A stretch of DNA of 64,000 nucleotides from Alphaproteobacteria bacterium (lineage in GTDB: Bacteria; Pseudomonadota; Alphaproteobacteria; UBA828), in contig CBDCRW010000007.1 of assembly GCA_965221125.1 (NCBI GenBank), positions 576,001 to 640,000 on the forward strand, read 5' to 3'. Made by a program: the position numbers and the translations under genes. The first letter of the stretch is position 1; the number at the start of each line of letters is the position of its first letter. The notes below the pieces were generated by a model, which saw only the letters and a program-made list of their open reading frames with translations, was not told the DNA's origin and did not search any database. Positions 42,814-53,283 of this stretch are shown piece after piece.

Positions 42814-42898
42814 CACACGCGGAAGACGGCTCGCAGGCGTTGCGTGCCGATCCGGTGCCCGGCCAGTCCGGCGCATGATCCGCGGAGGAGGAACCGGA
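42814..42898 (+). ncRNA. rpsB (S2) autoregulatory leader
   Basis: CACACGCGG start; crossing helices CGCGGA(42818)/TCCGCG(42879) and TCCGGT(42851)/ACCGGA(42893) form a pseudoknot next to the RBS. Confidence 0.6.
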
Positions 42899-42911
42899 GA
42901 AAGGACAGCCA

Positions 42912-43871
42912 ATGGCTTTGCCAGAATTCAGCATGCGCCAGCTCCTCGAGGCCGGCGTGCATTTCGGCCATCAGACGCGGCGCTGGAACCCGAAGATGCG
43001 CCCCTACCTGTTCGGCGCGCGGAACGGCGTTCACGTCATCGATCTGGAGCAGACGGTGCCCCTGCTGCACCAGGCGCTGGTCTCGCTGCGGGACGTGGCA
43101 GCGGGCGGCGGGCGCATCCTCTTCGTCGGCACCAAGCGGCAGGCCTCCCGGCCCATCGCCGAGACCGCCAAGCGCTGCGGCCAGTACTACGTCAACCACC
43201 GCTGGCTGGGCGGAATGCTGACGAACTGGAAGGCTATCTCCGGCTCGATCAAGACGCTCGCCGATCTCGAAGCGACGCTCGCCGACGAGGCCGCCGGCCT
43301 GACCAAGAAGGAGATGCTGCAGCTCGTCCGCCGCCGCAACAAGCTCGATCTCGCTCTGGGCGGCATCCGCGATATGGGCGGCGTGCCCGACATGCTCGTG
43401 GTGATCGACACGAACAAGGAAGACATCGCGATTCTCGAGGCGCGCAAGCTCGGCATCCCGGTGGTCGCGATCATCGACAGCAACTGCGATCCCGACCTCA
43501 TCACCCACCCCATTCCGGGCAACGACGACGCGATCCGCGCGATCAACCTCTATTGCGACCTGTTCGCCCGCGCGGTCATCGACGGCCTGCAGGAGGAGCT
43601 TGCCGCCTCGGGCGCCGACATCGGCGCTGCCGAAGAGGGACTGGCGGAGGACCTGCCGCCGAGCGATGGCGCCGCGGCCGAAGCCGCCGGAGCGGCCGAG
43701 GAAGCGTCGGCCAATGGCGACGCAGCCGCAGAGGGCTCCGCCGCGGAAGCCGCCGCCGAGGCGCCCGTCGAGGCCGAGGCGGCGCCGGCGGAGGCGCCGG
43801 ACGCGCCTCCCGCACCCGATGCGGCGGACGCGGCCGAGGGCGGCGGGGAAGAACAGACGGCGGGCGCCTGA
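42912..43871 (+). CDS. rpsB: 30S ribosomal protein S2 with acidic Ala-rich tail
   Basis: [38 protein letters not shown]. Confidence 0.98.
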   Translation: MALPEFSMRQLLEAGVHFGHQTRRWNPKMRPYLFGARNGVHVIDLEQTVPLLHQALVSLRDVAAGGGRILFVGTKRQASRPIAETAKRCGQYYVNHRWLGGMLTNWKAISGSIKTLADLEATLADEAAGLTKKEMLQLVRRRNKLDLALGGIRDMGGVPDMLVVIDTNKEDIAILEARKLGIPVVAIIDSNCDPDLITHPIPGNDDAIRAINLYCDLFARAVIDGLQEELAASGADIGAAEEGLAEDLPPSDGAAAEAAGAAEEASANGDAAAEGSAAEAAAEAPVEAEAAPAEAPDAPPAPDAADAAEGGGEEQTAGA

Positions 43872-43900
43872 GCGCGTCCCGGACCGGGGAGTAGAGAACG

Positions 43901-44827
43901 ATGGCTCAGATCACGGCCGCGCTGGTCAAGCAGCTCCGCGACAAGACCGGCGCCGGCATGATGGATTGCAAGAAGGCGCTGACCGAAACGGAAGGCGAGC
44001 TTGAAGCCGCGGTCGACTGGCTGCGCAAGAGCGGCCTCGCCCAGGCCGCCCGCAAGGCCGGCCGCACCGCCGCGGAAGGGCTGATCGGGATGGCGACTGC
44101 GCCCGGCAGGGCGGCGATGGTCGAGATCAACGCCGAGACGGATTTCGTCGCGCGCAACGCCGACTTCCAGGCGGTGGTGCGCGAGGTCGCGACGATCGCG
44201 CTGGACTGCGAGGGCGACGTCGAGCGCCTGTCGGCGGCGTCCTATCCCGGCACCGGCCGCACCGTCGCCGAGGAGATCACCAACCTCATCGCCACCATCG
44301 GCGAGAACATCCAGCTCAGGCGCACGGTCGTGCTTTCGACGCCGGCGGGCGTCGTCGGCGACTACATCCACATGCCCACGTCGGAGGGCTTGGGCCGCCT
44401 CGGCGTGCTGGTCGCCGTGGACTCCGATGCGCCGGCGGACAGCCTGGAGCGCCCCGCCCACGAGCTTGCCATGCACATCGCCGCCGCCAGCCCGCAGGCG
44501 GTCTCTCAAGACGCGCTCGACCAGGCGATGGTGGAGCGCGAGCGTGCCGTCCTCGCGGAACAGGCGCGCGCCGAGGGCAAGCCCGAAAAAATCATCGAGA
44601 AGATGATCGAGGGCAGGCTGCGCAAGTTCTTCGAGGAGGTCGTTCTCCTGGAGCAGGTCTGGGTCATCGACGGCGAGACCAGGGTGAAGGCGGTGCTGGA
44701 GTCGCTGGCCGGCACGCTCGATACCCCCGTCGCGGTGAGCGGCTTCGTCCGCTACCAGCTCGGCGAAGGAATCGAACGGGAGAGCAAGGATTTTGCGGCC
44801 GAAGTCGCCGCACAACTGGAGTCCTGA
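43901..44827 (+). CDS. tsf: elongation factor Ts
   Basis: [29 protein letters not shown]. Confidence 0.98.
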   Translation: MAQITAALVKQLRDKTGAGMMDCKKALTETEGELEAAVDWLRKSGLAQAARKAGRTAAEGLIGMATAPGRAAMVEINAETDFVARNADFQAVVREVATIALDCEGDVERLSAASYPGTGRTVAEEITNLIATIGENIQLRRTVVLSTPAGVVGDYIHMPTSEGLGRLGVLVAVDSDAPADSLERPAHELAMHIAAASPQAVSQDALDQAMVERERAVLAEQARAEGKPEKIIEKMIEGRLRKFFEEVVLLEQVWVIDGETRVKAVLESLAGTLDTPVAVSGFVRYQLGEGIERESKDFAAEVAAQLES

Positions 44828-44854
44828 GACACTGCCCATGCGAGTGAGCCCGCG

Positions 44855-45574
44855 ATGACCGCCTCTCCCCGATACAAGCGCATCCTCCTGAAGATTTCCG
44901 GGGAGGCGCTGAGGGGAGACGCGCCTTACGGCATCGACGGCGAGGCGGTGGATCGCCTCGCGGGCGAGATCGCCGAGGTTCAGGAGAGCGGCGTGGAGAT
45001 CTGCGCCGTGGTCGGCGGCGGCAACATCTTCCGCGGCTCGTCGGACGCCGCCGCCGGCATGGAGCGGGCGACCGCCGACTACATCGGCATGCTGGCGACG
45101 GTGATGAACGCGGTCGCCATGCAGCACGCGCTGGAGAAGCGCGGCAAGGCGACGCGGGTGCTCTCCGCGCTCCCCATCGCGCCGGTCTGCGAGCCCTACA
45201 TCCGCCGGCGCGGCCAGCGCCACCTGGAGAAGGGGCGGATCGTGCTTTTCGCCGGCGGCACCGGCAATCCCTTCTTCACCACCGATACCGCCGCGGCGTT
45301 GCGGGCTGCGGAGATGGGGTGCGACGCGCTGCTCAAGGGCACCAAGGTGGACGGCATCTACGCCGCCGATCCCGAGGTCGTCGCCGGTGCCGAGCGCTTC
45401 GAGCGGCTCTCGTATCTGGAGGTTCTGTCGAAGGACCTGAAGGCCATGGACGCGTCGGCGATCTCGCTGGCGCGGGAAAACGACATTCCGATTGTGGTAT
45501 TCTCCATCCGCGAGAAGGGTGGGCTCGCCGCCGTGCTGGCCGGGGACGGACCCTTCACCGTCATCTCTGACTAG
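44855..45574 (+). CDS. pyrH: UMP kinase
   Basis: [27 protein letters not shown]. Confidence 0.98.
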   Translation: MTASPRYKRILLKISGEALRGDAPYGIDGEAVDRLAGEIAEVQESGVEICAVVGGGNIFRGSSDAAAGMERATADYIGMLATVMNAVAMQHALEKRGKATRVLSALPIAPVCEPYIRRRGQRHLEKGRIVLFAGGTGNPFFTTDTAAALRAAEMGCDALLKGTKVDGIYAADPEVVAGAERFERLSYLEVLSKDLKAMDASAISLARENDIPIVVFSIREKGGLAAVLAGDGPFTVISD

Positions 45575-45584
45575 GGCTGTCGCG

Positions 45585-46142
45585 ATGGCTGATCCCGATC
45601 TCGATGACCTTGAACGCCGCATGAAGGGCGCCGTCGAGGCCCTGCGGAAGGAGCTGGGCGGGCTGCGGACGGGGCGCGCATCGCTCAGTCTTCTCGAGCC
45701 CATCGTGGTCGAGGCCTACGAGACCGAGATGCCGCTCAACCAGGTCGCCACCATCAACATCCCCGAGCCCCGCATGCTCTCCGTCCAGGTCTGGGACAGG
45801 ACGCAGGTGAAGGCGGTGGAGAAGGCGATCCGCTCCTCCGATCTCGGGCTCAATCCCATCGTCGACGGCCAGTCGCTCCGCATCCCTATCCCTGAGCTGA
45901 ACGAGGAACGCCGCCGCGAACTCGCCAAAGTTGCCGCCAAGTATGCCGAGCAGGCGAAGGTAGCCGCGCGCAACGTGCGGCGCGACGGCATGGATCAGCT
46001 CAAGAAGATGGAGAAGGCGGGCGAGCTCGGCGAGGACGAATCGCGGCTCTGGGCGGGAGAGATCCAGGAGATGACCGACGGGTTCGTCAAGACGATGAGC
46101 GAGATGTTCGAGGCCAAGGAACGCGAGATCATGCAGGTCTGA
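45585..46142 (+). CDS. frr: ribosome recycling factor
   Basis: [25 protein letters not shown]. Confidence 0.98.
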   Translation: MADPDLDDLERRMKGAVEALRKELGGLRTGRASLSLLEPIVVEAYETEMPLNQVATINIPEPRMLSVQVWDRTQVKAVEKAIRSSDLGLNPIVDGQSLRIPIPELNEERRRELAKVAAKYAEQAKVAARNVRRDGMDQLKKMEKAGELGEDESRLWAGEIQEMTDGFVKTMSEMFEAKEREIMQV

Positions 46143-46144
46143 CC

Positions 46145-46879
46145 ATGGCGCTCGCGCGGTCATTCGCCGACATGCGGGACCCGTCCCTGCACGTCGGCAT
46201 CATCCTCGACGGTAACGGGCGCTGGGCGCGGGCGCGGGGGCTGCCGAGAACGGCGGGGCACCGGCGGGGTGCCGAGGTCGTGAAGACGATCCTGAGGGGC
46301 TGTCCCGAGCGCGGCATCCGCTACCTCACCATCTACGCGTTCTCGTCCGAGAACTGGAAGCGCCCCGTGGGCGAGGTGGAGGACCTCATGGGCCTTCTCC
46401 ACCTCTACCTGCGGCGCGAGGTCGCCGAGTTGCACAGCAACGGCGTGCGCATCACCTTCATCGGCGACCGCTCCCGGCTGAGCGGTGAGATCAACGCCCT
46501 CATCACCGAGGCCGAGGAGAGCACCCGGCACAACGCCACGATCACGCTGACGGTCGCCGTTAACTACGGCGGGCGCCAGGAGATCGTCGATTCGGTCCGC
46601 CGCATCGCCGAGCAGGTGCGCGACGGCGACCTCGATGCCGACCGGATCTCGGAAGAGACGATCCAGCGCCACCTCCAGACCCGCGACCTGCCGGACCTCG
46701 ACCTGGTGATCCGCACCAGCGGCGAGCAGCGCCTCAGCAACTTCCTGCTGTGGCAGTCGGCCTACACGGAATTGGTGTTCGTGCCGACGCTCTGGCCCGA
46801 CTTCACGCTCGATCGCCTCGACGAGGCGATCGGCGAGTTCCAGCGCCGCGAGCGGCGCTACGGCGGGGCCCGCAGCTGA
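46145..46879 (+). CDS. uppS: undecaprenyl diphosphate synthase
   Basis: [37 protein letters not shown]. Confidence 0.97.
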   Translation: MALARSFADMRDPSLHVGIILDGNGRWARARGLPRTAGHRRGAEVVKTILRGCPERGIRYLTIYAFSSENWKRPVGEVEDLMGLLHLYLRREVAELHSNGVRITFIGDRSRLSGEINALITEAEESTRHNATITLTVAVNYGGRQEIVDSVRRIAEQVRDGDLDADRISEETIQRHLQTRDLPDLDLVIRTSGEQRLSNFLLWQSAYTELVFVPTLWPDFTLDRLDEAIGEFQRRERRYGGARS

Positions 46880-46941
46880 CGACAGCGCCGGCGCGACGCA
46901 ACGCCGGCACGACACAACGCCGGCACGACACAACGCCAGGA
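46880..46941. repeat. 16-bp tandem repeat CGACACAACGCCGGCA (3 copies plus 1 degenerate)
   Basis: Units at 46894, 46910 and 46926; degenerate unit at 46880. Confidence 0.85.
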
Positions 46942-46948
46942 TCGCCCC

Positions 46949-48267
46949 ATGACCGACAGCCTGATGAGCCGCGATGGGCGTGCCATCGCCGATATCGAGC
47001 GGATCCGCTTCTTCCCGGCGACGACCGTGGGGGGCGAGGGCTCCTACGTGATCGAGGAGGGCGGCCGGCGCGTGCTCGACTTCAGCGCCTCATGGGGTGC
47101 CGCGTGTCTCGGCTACGGCCACCCCGCGGTGGCGGAGGCGGTGAGCGAGGCCGTGCGCAGCATGGGGGCGATCAGCCTCGCCTCCTGCGCCGTCGGCCAC
47201 GCCGTCGACCTTGCCGAGGACCTGCTGGCGCGCTTCCCGGACGACCGCGAGCGGCGCGTCTGGTTCGGCCACGCGGGCTCGGACGCCAACGATACCGTGG
47301 TGCGCCTGATCGAGGCCGCGTCGCCCCGGCGCGGCATCCTCTCCTTCGTCGGCGCCTATCACGGCGGCAGCGCCGCCTCGATGTCGGTGTCGGGCCACAG
47401 CTCGCAAGTTCATGCGCCGGTGCGCCCCGGTCTCACCCGGCTGCCCTATCCCGATCCCTACCGCCCGCAGTTCGGGCCGGACCTGGTCGCCGGCGCCCTC
47501 GACGACCTCGACCGGCGCTTCGAGAGCGAGATCGACCCCGGCGAGATCGCCGCCGTCTTCATCGAGCCCATCCAGTCCGACGGCGGCGTCATCGTGCCGC
47601 CGCCGGGTTACTTCAAGGGCCTGGAGGAGCGCTGCCGGGCGCACGGCATCCTGATCGTGGTGGACGAGGTCAAGGTGGGGATGGGCCGCACCGGCCTCTA
47701 CCATGCCTTCGAGGCCGAGGGGCTCACGCCCGACATCGTCGTCTACGGCAAGGGCCTCGGCGGCGGGCTGCCGATCTCGGCCGTGGTCGGCCCGGCGGAG
47801 CTCATGAACTTCCAGCCCGCCTTCGCCATCATGACGGCGGCCGGCAACCCGGTGTGCGCCGCCGCCGGCCGCGCCGTGCTGCGCACCATCGAGGAACAGA
47901 ACCTGGCGGCGAACGCGGCCCGCATGGGCGAGCACCTGCAAGCGGGGCTGGCACGGCTCGCCAGCGCCACGCGCTCATCGGCCACGTGCGCGGGCGCGGG
48001 CTTACCGTCGGCGTCGAGCTTGTCCGCGACCCGGCGAGCAAGGAGCCCGCAAGCGCGGAGACCGCGAAGGTCGCCTTCCGCGCCCACCAGCTCGGGCTGG
48101 TCTTCTACTACGTCGGCATGGAGTCCAACGTGCTCGAGCTCACCCCGCCGCTCACCATCTCGGCGGACGAGATCGACGAGGGCCTCGCCATCCTCGACCG
48201 CGCGCTGGAGGACGTGGCCGCGAGCCGCGTCAGCGACGAGGACGTCGCCGCCTTCGCCGGCTGGTAG
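46949..48267 (+). pseudogene. class-III PLP aminotransferase (GabT-like) with a 1-bp frameshift near 47962
   Basis: [29 protein letters not shown] and YGKGLGGG in one frame; [23 protein letters not shown] continues in another frame to TAG at 48267. Confidence 0.85.
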
Positions 48268-48276
48268 CCGAGCGGA

Positions 48277-49272
48277 TCACATCGGCGCGCAGGCCCTGAT
48301 GGTGGTCTGCGCCATCTCCTTGGCGCCGGCGCCGGAGGCCATCGGCGCGATCATCGGCAGGTCGATGCCGGAGGCGTGGTAGGCCGCGATCCGCTCGCGG
48401 CAGCGCGCGGGCGCACCCGCGATGCAGACCGAGTCGATGTGCGCGTCGCTGACCGCCCGCGTCGCCGCCTCGCGGTCGCCCCGCGCCCAGGCTTCCGCGA
48501 TCGCCTCCGCCTCTTCGCCAAAACCCTGGTCGACCGCCATCCGGTTGTAGCGGGGGAAGAAGCCCGTATACATGGCGACGCCCGGCCTCAGCGCATCGAA
48601 CGCGTCTGCCGGATCGTCGGCCCCTGCGGCGGGGAGGAGGGAGGTGATCTCGACCGCGCCGGGATCGCGCCCCGTTCTCCCGGCGCCCGCCGCGATGTGC
48701 CGGCGCGCCTCCGCGCCCACGTCGAGCGTGGTGCGGGTCAGGATCACGCCGTCCGCCTCTTCGCCGCAGACCCCGATCATCTTGGGGAAGACGGCGGCGT
48801 AATAGATCGGCAGGCTGGGGCGCAAGGGCTGGAACCACAGCTCGTAGTTCTCGATAGTGACCGTCTCGCCCCGGTAGGAGACCCGGCCGTCCCGCAATAG
48901 CTGCCGCACGACATCGGCGGTCTCCCGCACGCGCGTTACCGGCTTGCCGTAGGGCACGCCGTGCTCCGGTTCGACCTGCACCTTGTGGCTGGAACCCAGG
49001 CCCAGGATGAAGCGCCCGCCCGAGAGCTGATCGACCACCGCCGCCGACATCGCGATGGTGGGCGCCGAGCGCACGAAGACGCTTGAGATACAGGTGCCGA
49101 GCCTGACCTTGCTCGTGTTTGCCGCGACCGCGGCAAGCACCGCGAACTGGTCGCCCCCGTGTCCTTCCGCCATCCACACGGAATCGTAGCCGAGCGATTC
49201 GGCGAGCTGCGCGCACTCCACGATCTCGGACGCAGTCAGCCCGCCCGAGAACGCCACGCCGACCCTGCCCAT
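48277..49272 (-). CDS. LLM-class flavin-dependent oxidoreductase
   Basis: AESLGYDSVWMAE, LSGGRFILGLGS, ADGVIL. Confidence 0.9.
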   Translation of the reverse strand: MGRVGVAFSGGLTASEIVECAQLAESLGYDSVWMAEGHGGDQFAVLAAVAANTSKVRLGTCISSVFVRSAPTIAMSAAVVDQLSGGRFILGLGSSHKVQVEPEHGVPYGKPVTRVRETADVVRQLLRDGRVSYRGETVTIENYELWFQPLRPSLPIYYAAVFPKMIGVCGEEADGVILTRTTLDVGAEARRHIAAGAGRTGRDPGAVEITSLLPAAGADDPADAFDALRPGVAMYTGFFPRYNRMAVDQGFGEEAEAIAEAWARGDREAATRAVSDAHIDSVCIAGAPARCRERIAAYHASGIDLPMIAPMASGAGAKEMAQTTIRACAPM

Positions 49273-49376
49273 GCCTCGTACTCCCCGGCTGTTCGGCTGC
49301 CTCAAGTTGGCGGCGATCGTACAGACGAGCCGTTGCGAATCCAAACTGGCCGCGGCGCGGCGGGGCCGGTGCCGGC

Positions 49377-50558
49377 TCAGCGCGGCGGGAACTGGGGCAC
49401 CGGGCAGTCGGGCGGTGCGCCGGGCTCCTCCCGGTAGTCGAAATAGCCCCAGACGGCCCAGTGGTCCGAGAGGTCGCAGTAGTTCTCGCCCCGCACCACC
49501 GAGAACAGCGTGCGGTCCGCGAAGTCGAAGCGCGTGCGGAAGACCATGGGGCAGTTGCTGGCGTAGGCGGGCGCGCGCCAGCCCTTCTTGGCGAGCACGT
49601 AATCGACGTAGCCGTTGCCGCGCCGCGCCCAGTCGCTCTGCGTCTCGCGGGTGTAGCGGTGGCCGCGAAAGGCCGGCGCCAGCATGCCGAGCGGCTCGTC
49701 GCTGAGCAGGTTGTCGAAGCCGTGGCGCAGCACGTTGAAGTCGCCGCCGACGATGACGGGTTCGGTGCGCGGGATCCCGGACTCGCTCTCGATGAACCGC
49801 CGGATCGCGCGGAATTGCGCCGCCTTGGCCTCGCGCTGCCTGCCGCCCCAGCCGAACTGCGCGTGGGTGCCGATGACGTGGTAGCGCGCGTTGCCCTTGT
49901 CGATCCGGGCATAGACGAAGCCCTTGGCGGCGTTGCAGTCGCGCTCGACGCAATCGGCGTAGACCAGCTCGCGGGCGTCGCCGATGGGGTGCTTGCTGGC
50001 GATGAGCACGCCGCCGTCCTCGTCGAACCAGCCATCGCCCTCGCCGCCGCGCGGCGCCTCTTCGGCCGCGAGAGGCTGTTCGTAGACCGTGCCCTTCTCG
50101 CAGCTCCAGCCGGCGCGGCAGGCGCTGCCGAGGATGTGCGTCATGTGGACGAAGCCTTGCGCCCGCAGCCCGTCGAGCAGGATCGCCCGTGCGCCGTCGT
50201 CGTAGGCTTCCGACAGGATGACCACGTCGTAGGGCGCGAGAAACGGCGGGATGCGCTCCGCGCGCTCCTCCTGCGCGATGGCGAACCGCTCGCCAAGGAC
50301 GGGAACGGCGCGCACGTGCGACGGCAGCAGGTACACGTTGTATGCGAGGACGCTCAGCACCTCGTCGGAGGCCGCCGGCTCCGGCAGGTGGTTCATTCCC
50401 GGCCCCGCGCACTCGCGGGCCGCCGCCGCACCGCCCGCACCCGCGGCGCCCGCGAGCCACAGCGCCGCCGTCAGCAACACAGCCAACGCCCTGCCGGCAC
50501 TCGTTCCCAATCGCGCGTCTCCCGCTCCCGCTTGAAGGCCAGCGCGAGAGTCCGCCAT
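49377..50558 (-). CDS. exported sphingomyelinase C-like phosphodiesterase (EEP family); start uncertain
   Basis: YNVYLLP, ILSEAYD, EDGGVLIASKHPI, KGFVYARI, IGTHAQ, GGDFN, DYVL, SDH; hydrophobic signal segment. Confidence 0.8.
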   Translation of the reverse strand: MADSRAGLQAGAGDARLGTSAGRALAVLLTAALWLAGAAGAGGAAAARECAGPGMNHLPEPAASDEVLSVLAYNVYLLPSHVRAVPVLGERFAIAQEERAERIPPFLAPYDVVILSEAYDDGARAILLDGLRAQGFVHMTHILGSACRAGWSCEKGTVYEQPLAAEEAPRGGEGDGWFDEDGGVLIASKHPIGDARELVYADCVERDCNAAKGFVYARIDKGNARYHVIGTHAQFGWGGRQREAKAAQFRAIRRFIESESGIPRTEPVIVGGDFNVLRHGFDNLLSDEPLGMLAPAFRGHRYTRETQSDWARRGNGYVDYVLAKKGWRAPAYASNCPMVFRTRFDFADRTLFSVVRGENYCDLSDHWAVWGYFDYREEPGAPPDCPVPQFPPR

Positions 50559-50686
50559 CGCATGCGCGCGCGCAAGCGCCGCCCCGTCCGGCAATAGCCG
50601 TGCAACGCATGGTGCTGGTATGGTCGCGCCGCCGCCGATCAGAGGCGGACGGGTGAACGGCAGCGCGGCTAAGGAGGGCAGGGCTC

Positions 50687-51490
50687 GTGGCGGACGCGGA
50701 GGCCTGGCGCGACCATCTTCCCCTGGCCCATCGCCTCGCCGATGCGTCGGGCGAGGTTATTCTGCGCCATTTCCGGCAGACCCTCGCGGTCGACGACAAG
50801 GACCATATCGAAGGCTACTCGCCGGTCACGGTGGCGGACCGCGAGGCCGAAGCCGCGATCCGCGCGCTGATTGAGGCGGAGTGCCCCGACCACGGCATCC
50901 TCGGCGAGGAGTACGGGCACGAGCGGCCGGACGCCCGCTTCACCTGGATCATCGACCCCATCGACGGTACCAAGGCCTTCATCTCCGGCATGACGACCTG
51001 GGGCACGCTGATCGCCTTGCAGGACCGCGGCCGGGGCATCGTCGGCGTCATGAACCAGCCGTACCTCGGCGAGCGCTTCGTCGGCCACGGCGAGGGCGCC
51101 TGGCTCGGCGAGCGCCGGCTTGCCGTGCGCGCCTGCCCCGATCTCGGCGGCGCGACCCTGTATGCGACCGAGCCCGACATGTTCTCGCCGACGGAGCGCG
51201 TCGCCTTCGATGCCTTGGGCGCGCGCGTGCGCCTGCGCCGCTTCGGCGCCGACTGCTACGCCTACGGCATGCTCGCCGCTGGCTTTATCGATCTGGTGGT
51301 CGAGGCCAGCATGAACATCTGGGACATCGCTGCGCTCATTCCCATCGTCGAGGGCGCGGGCGGCTTGGTGACCGGCTGGGACGGCGGCCCCATCGGCGCG
51401 GACGGCCGCACGCTGGCGGTGGGCGATCCCCGGCTGCACGAAGCCGCGCTGGAGATCCTGGCTCAAGCCGGCGACCCCGAGGGCGGGTGA
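50687..51490 (+). CDS. hisN: histidinol-phosphatase, inositol monophosphatase family
   Basis: SPVTVADREAE, GILGEE, WIIDPIDGTKAFISG, DCYAY, WDIAAL. Confidence 0.88.
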   Translation: MADAEAWRDHLPLAHRLADASGEVILRHFRQTLAVDDKDHIEGYSPVTVADREAEAAIRALIEAECPDHGILGEEYGHERPDARFTWIIDPIDGTKAFISGMTTWGTLIALQDRGRGIVGVMNQPYLGERFVGHGEGAWLGERRLAVRACPDLGGATLYATEPDMFSPTERVAFDALGARVRLRRFGADCYAYGMLAAGFIDLVVEASMNIWDIAALIPIVEGAGGLVTGWDGGPIGADGRTLAVGDPRLHEAALEILAQAGDPEGG

Positions 51491-52374
51491 GCGTCGCGGG
51501 ACGACCGCAGCAAGCGCATCCCATGCAAGCCGACATGCACGGCAAGGTCTGCCTCGTCACGGGCGCGAACTCGGGCATCGGCCGGGTGACGGCGCTCGGC
51601 CTTGCGGAGCGGGGGGCTGCCGTCGTGCTCGTCTGCCGCAACGAGGAGAGCAACGCCGCGGTCCTGGACGAAATCGAGCGGCGCGGAAGCGGCACGGCAA
51701 CCCTGCTCACGGCCGATCTCTCCTCCCAGCGCCAGGTGCGCGCGGCGGCGGTGGCCTTCCTGGAGCGCTTCGAGCGCTTGGACGTGCTGATCAACAACGC
51801 GGGCGTCGCCGGCTGGAGCACCCGGCTCGTGACCGAGGACGGGCTGGAGGCGACCTTCGCGGTCAACCACCTGGCGCCGTTCCTCCTCACCAGCCTGCTG
51901 CTCGACCGGCTGAAAGCGAGCGCGCCGGCCCGCGTGATCACCGTGAGCTCCGCGGTGCACCGGAACTACGCGCTCCATTTCGACGACCTGCAGGGCGAGC
52001 GCCGCTATTCCGGCTTCGGCGCCTATTCCCGCTCCAAGCTCGCCAACATCCTCTTCACCCGCGAGCTGTCGCGCCGGCTTGAGGGGACCGGCGTCACCGC
52101 GAACTGCCTGCATCCCGGCGTCGTCGCGACGGGCATCTTCCGCAACGTGCCCTGGTGGCTGCGTATCGTGTTCAGAAGACCGCTCATCCTCAGCCCTGAG
52201 AAGGGCGCGGACACGCTGCTCTGGCTCGCCACCGCGCCTGACGTCGCCGAGGTCAGCGGAGGCTATTTCGCTCGGCGCAAGTCCCGCCGCCCGTCCCGTG
52301 CCGCGCGCGATCCGGCGGCGGCGCGGCGCCTGTGGGAGGCAAGCGAGGCGCTGACGGCCCCGCGCGACGCGTAG
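51487..52374 (+). CDS. SDR oxidoreductase (retinol dehydrogenase-like)
   Basis: TGANSGIG, INNAG, FAVNHLAPFLL, YSRSK. Confidence 0.9.
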   Translation: MSVAGRPQQAHPMQADMHGKVCLVTGANSGIGRVTALGLAERGAAVVLVCRNEESNAAVLDEIERRGSGTATLLTADLSSQRQVRAAAVAFLERFERLDVLINNAGVAGWSTRLVTEDGLEATFAVNHLAPFLLTSLLLDRLKASAPARVITVSSAVHRNYALHFDDLQGERRYSGFGAYSRSKLANILFTRELSRRLEGTGVTANCLHPGVVATGIFRNVPWWLRIVFRRPLILSPEKGADTLLWLATAPDVAEVSGGYFARRKSRRPSRAARDPAAARRLWEASEALTAPRDA

Positions 52375-52455
52375 GCATGACGCCGGCGTGGTAGGGTCTC
52401 GCTCCGGCGACGGGTTGCGCGCGGGACGCGCAACCGGGAGGGAAGGGGAGACGCC

Positions 52456-53205
52456 ATGCTGAGGCTTTCCGATTTTGCGGGCCGCGTGCTGCGCGAGGAC
52501 GATCTCGATGACCTGGGCCGGCCCACCGGCGAGGTCATCGAGGAGGCGATCGACGAAGGCCGCACAGGGGAGGCCAAGACGCTCGCCCGCAACCTGATCC
52601 ACGAGTGGAAGGGCCTGCACGACCTCTACTGCGACTGGGTCTGGGACCTGCTGACCAAGATCGGGCGCAAGTTCGGCGAGGGCGAGGTCTACGCCATGCT
52701 GCGCGCGACCCAGGAAACCTGGATGATGAAGCGGACCTGGAAAGGCTTCCGCAGGATGAGCGTGGAGCGCCAGGTGACTCTCACCGTCGAGATGATGCGC
52801 GCGCATCGCTGCGGCCCGCGGCAGGAGGGCGACGTCGACGTGCTGGAGGACGCGGAGCGCTACACCATCGTCATGGACCCTTGCGGCAGCGGCGGGCGCA
52901 TGCGGCGCGGCGACCCGATGGACGGCACGCCATCGCGCCTCGGCCCGCCCTACAATTTCGGCTCGACGCAAGAGGCGCACTGGTGGAGCTGGAACCGCAA
53001 GGACGTGCCCTACTACTGCGTCCACTGCGCGCTCAACGAGATCCTCCCCATCGAGTGGGGCGGTGCGCCGCTCTGGGTCACGGACTTCGACCCCGACCAC
53101 GCCAAGCCCTGCCGCTGGCACTTCTACAAGAAGCCCGAGCTGATCCCGGCGGAATACTGGACCCGGCTCGGCAAGGAGAAGCCTGCGCAGTTCGACGACG
53201 CGTGA
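52456..53205 (+). CDS. hypothetical protein with Cys/His/Trp motifs
   Basis: Strong RBS and host-like codon use; LHDLYCDW, RAH, DPCGSGGR, PYYCVHC, C.W.FYK. Confidence 0.75.
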   Translation: MLRLSDFAGRVLREDDLDDLGRPTGEVIEEAIDEGRTGEAKTLARNLIHEWKGLHDLYCDWVWDLLTKIGRKFGEGEVYAMLRATQETWMMKRTWKGFRRMSVERQVTLTVEMMRAHRCGPRQEGDVDVLEDAERYTIVMDPCGSGGRMRRGDPMDGTPSRLGPPYNFGSTQEAHWWSWNRKDVPYYCVHCALNEILPIEWGGAPLWVTDFDPDHAKPCRWHFYKKPELIPAEYWTRLGKEKPAQFDDA

Positions 53206-53283
53206 GCCGCATCCGGTGGGTCCGCATCGCGATATCGCCAGCGGGCTCGCCGATGCGCTGACGATCCGGGCGAACCGGGCGCC

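Noticed and set aside
48277-50799. Apparent long fusions in the ORF track (840-aa LLM ORF, 774-aa permease ORF, 388-aa cupin ORF, 456-aa AAA_25 ORF)
   Set aside because: The N-terminal extensions overlap neighbouring real genes in another frame; internal starts with an RBS or stop/start coupling give normal sizes.
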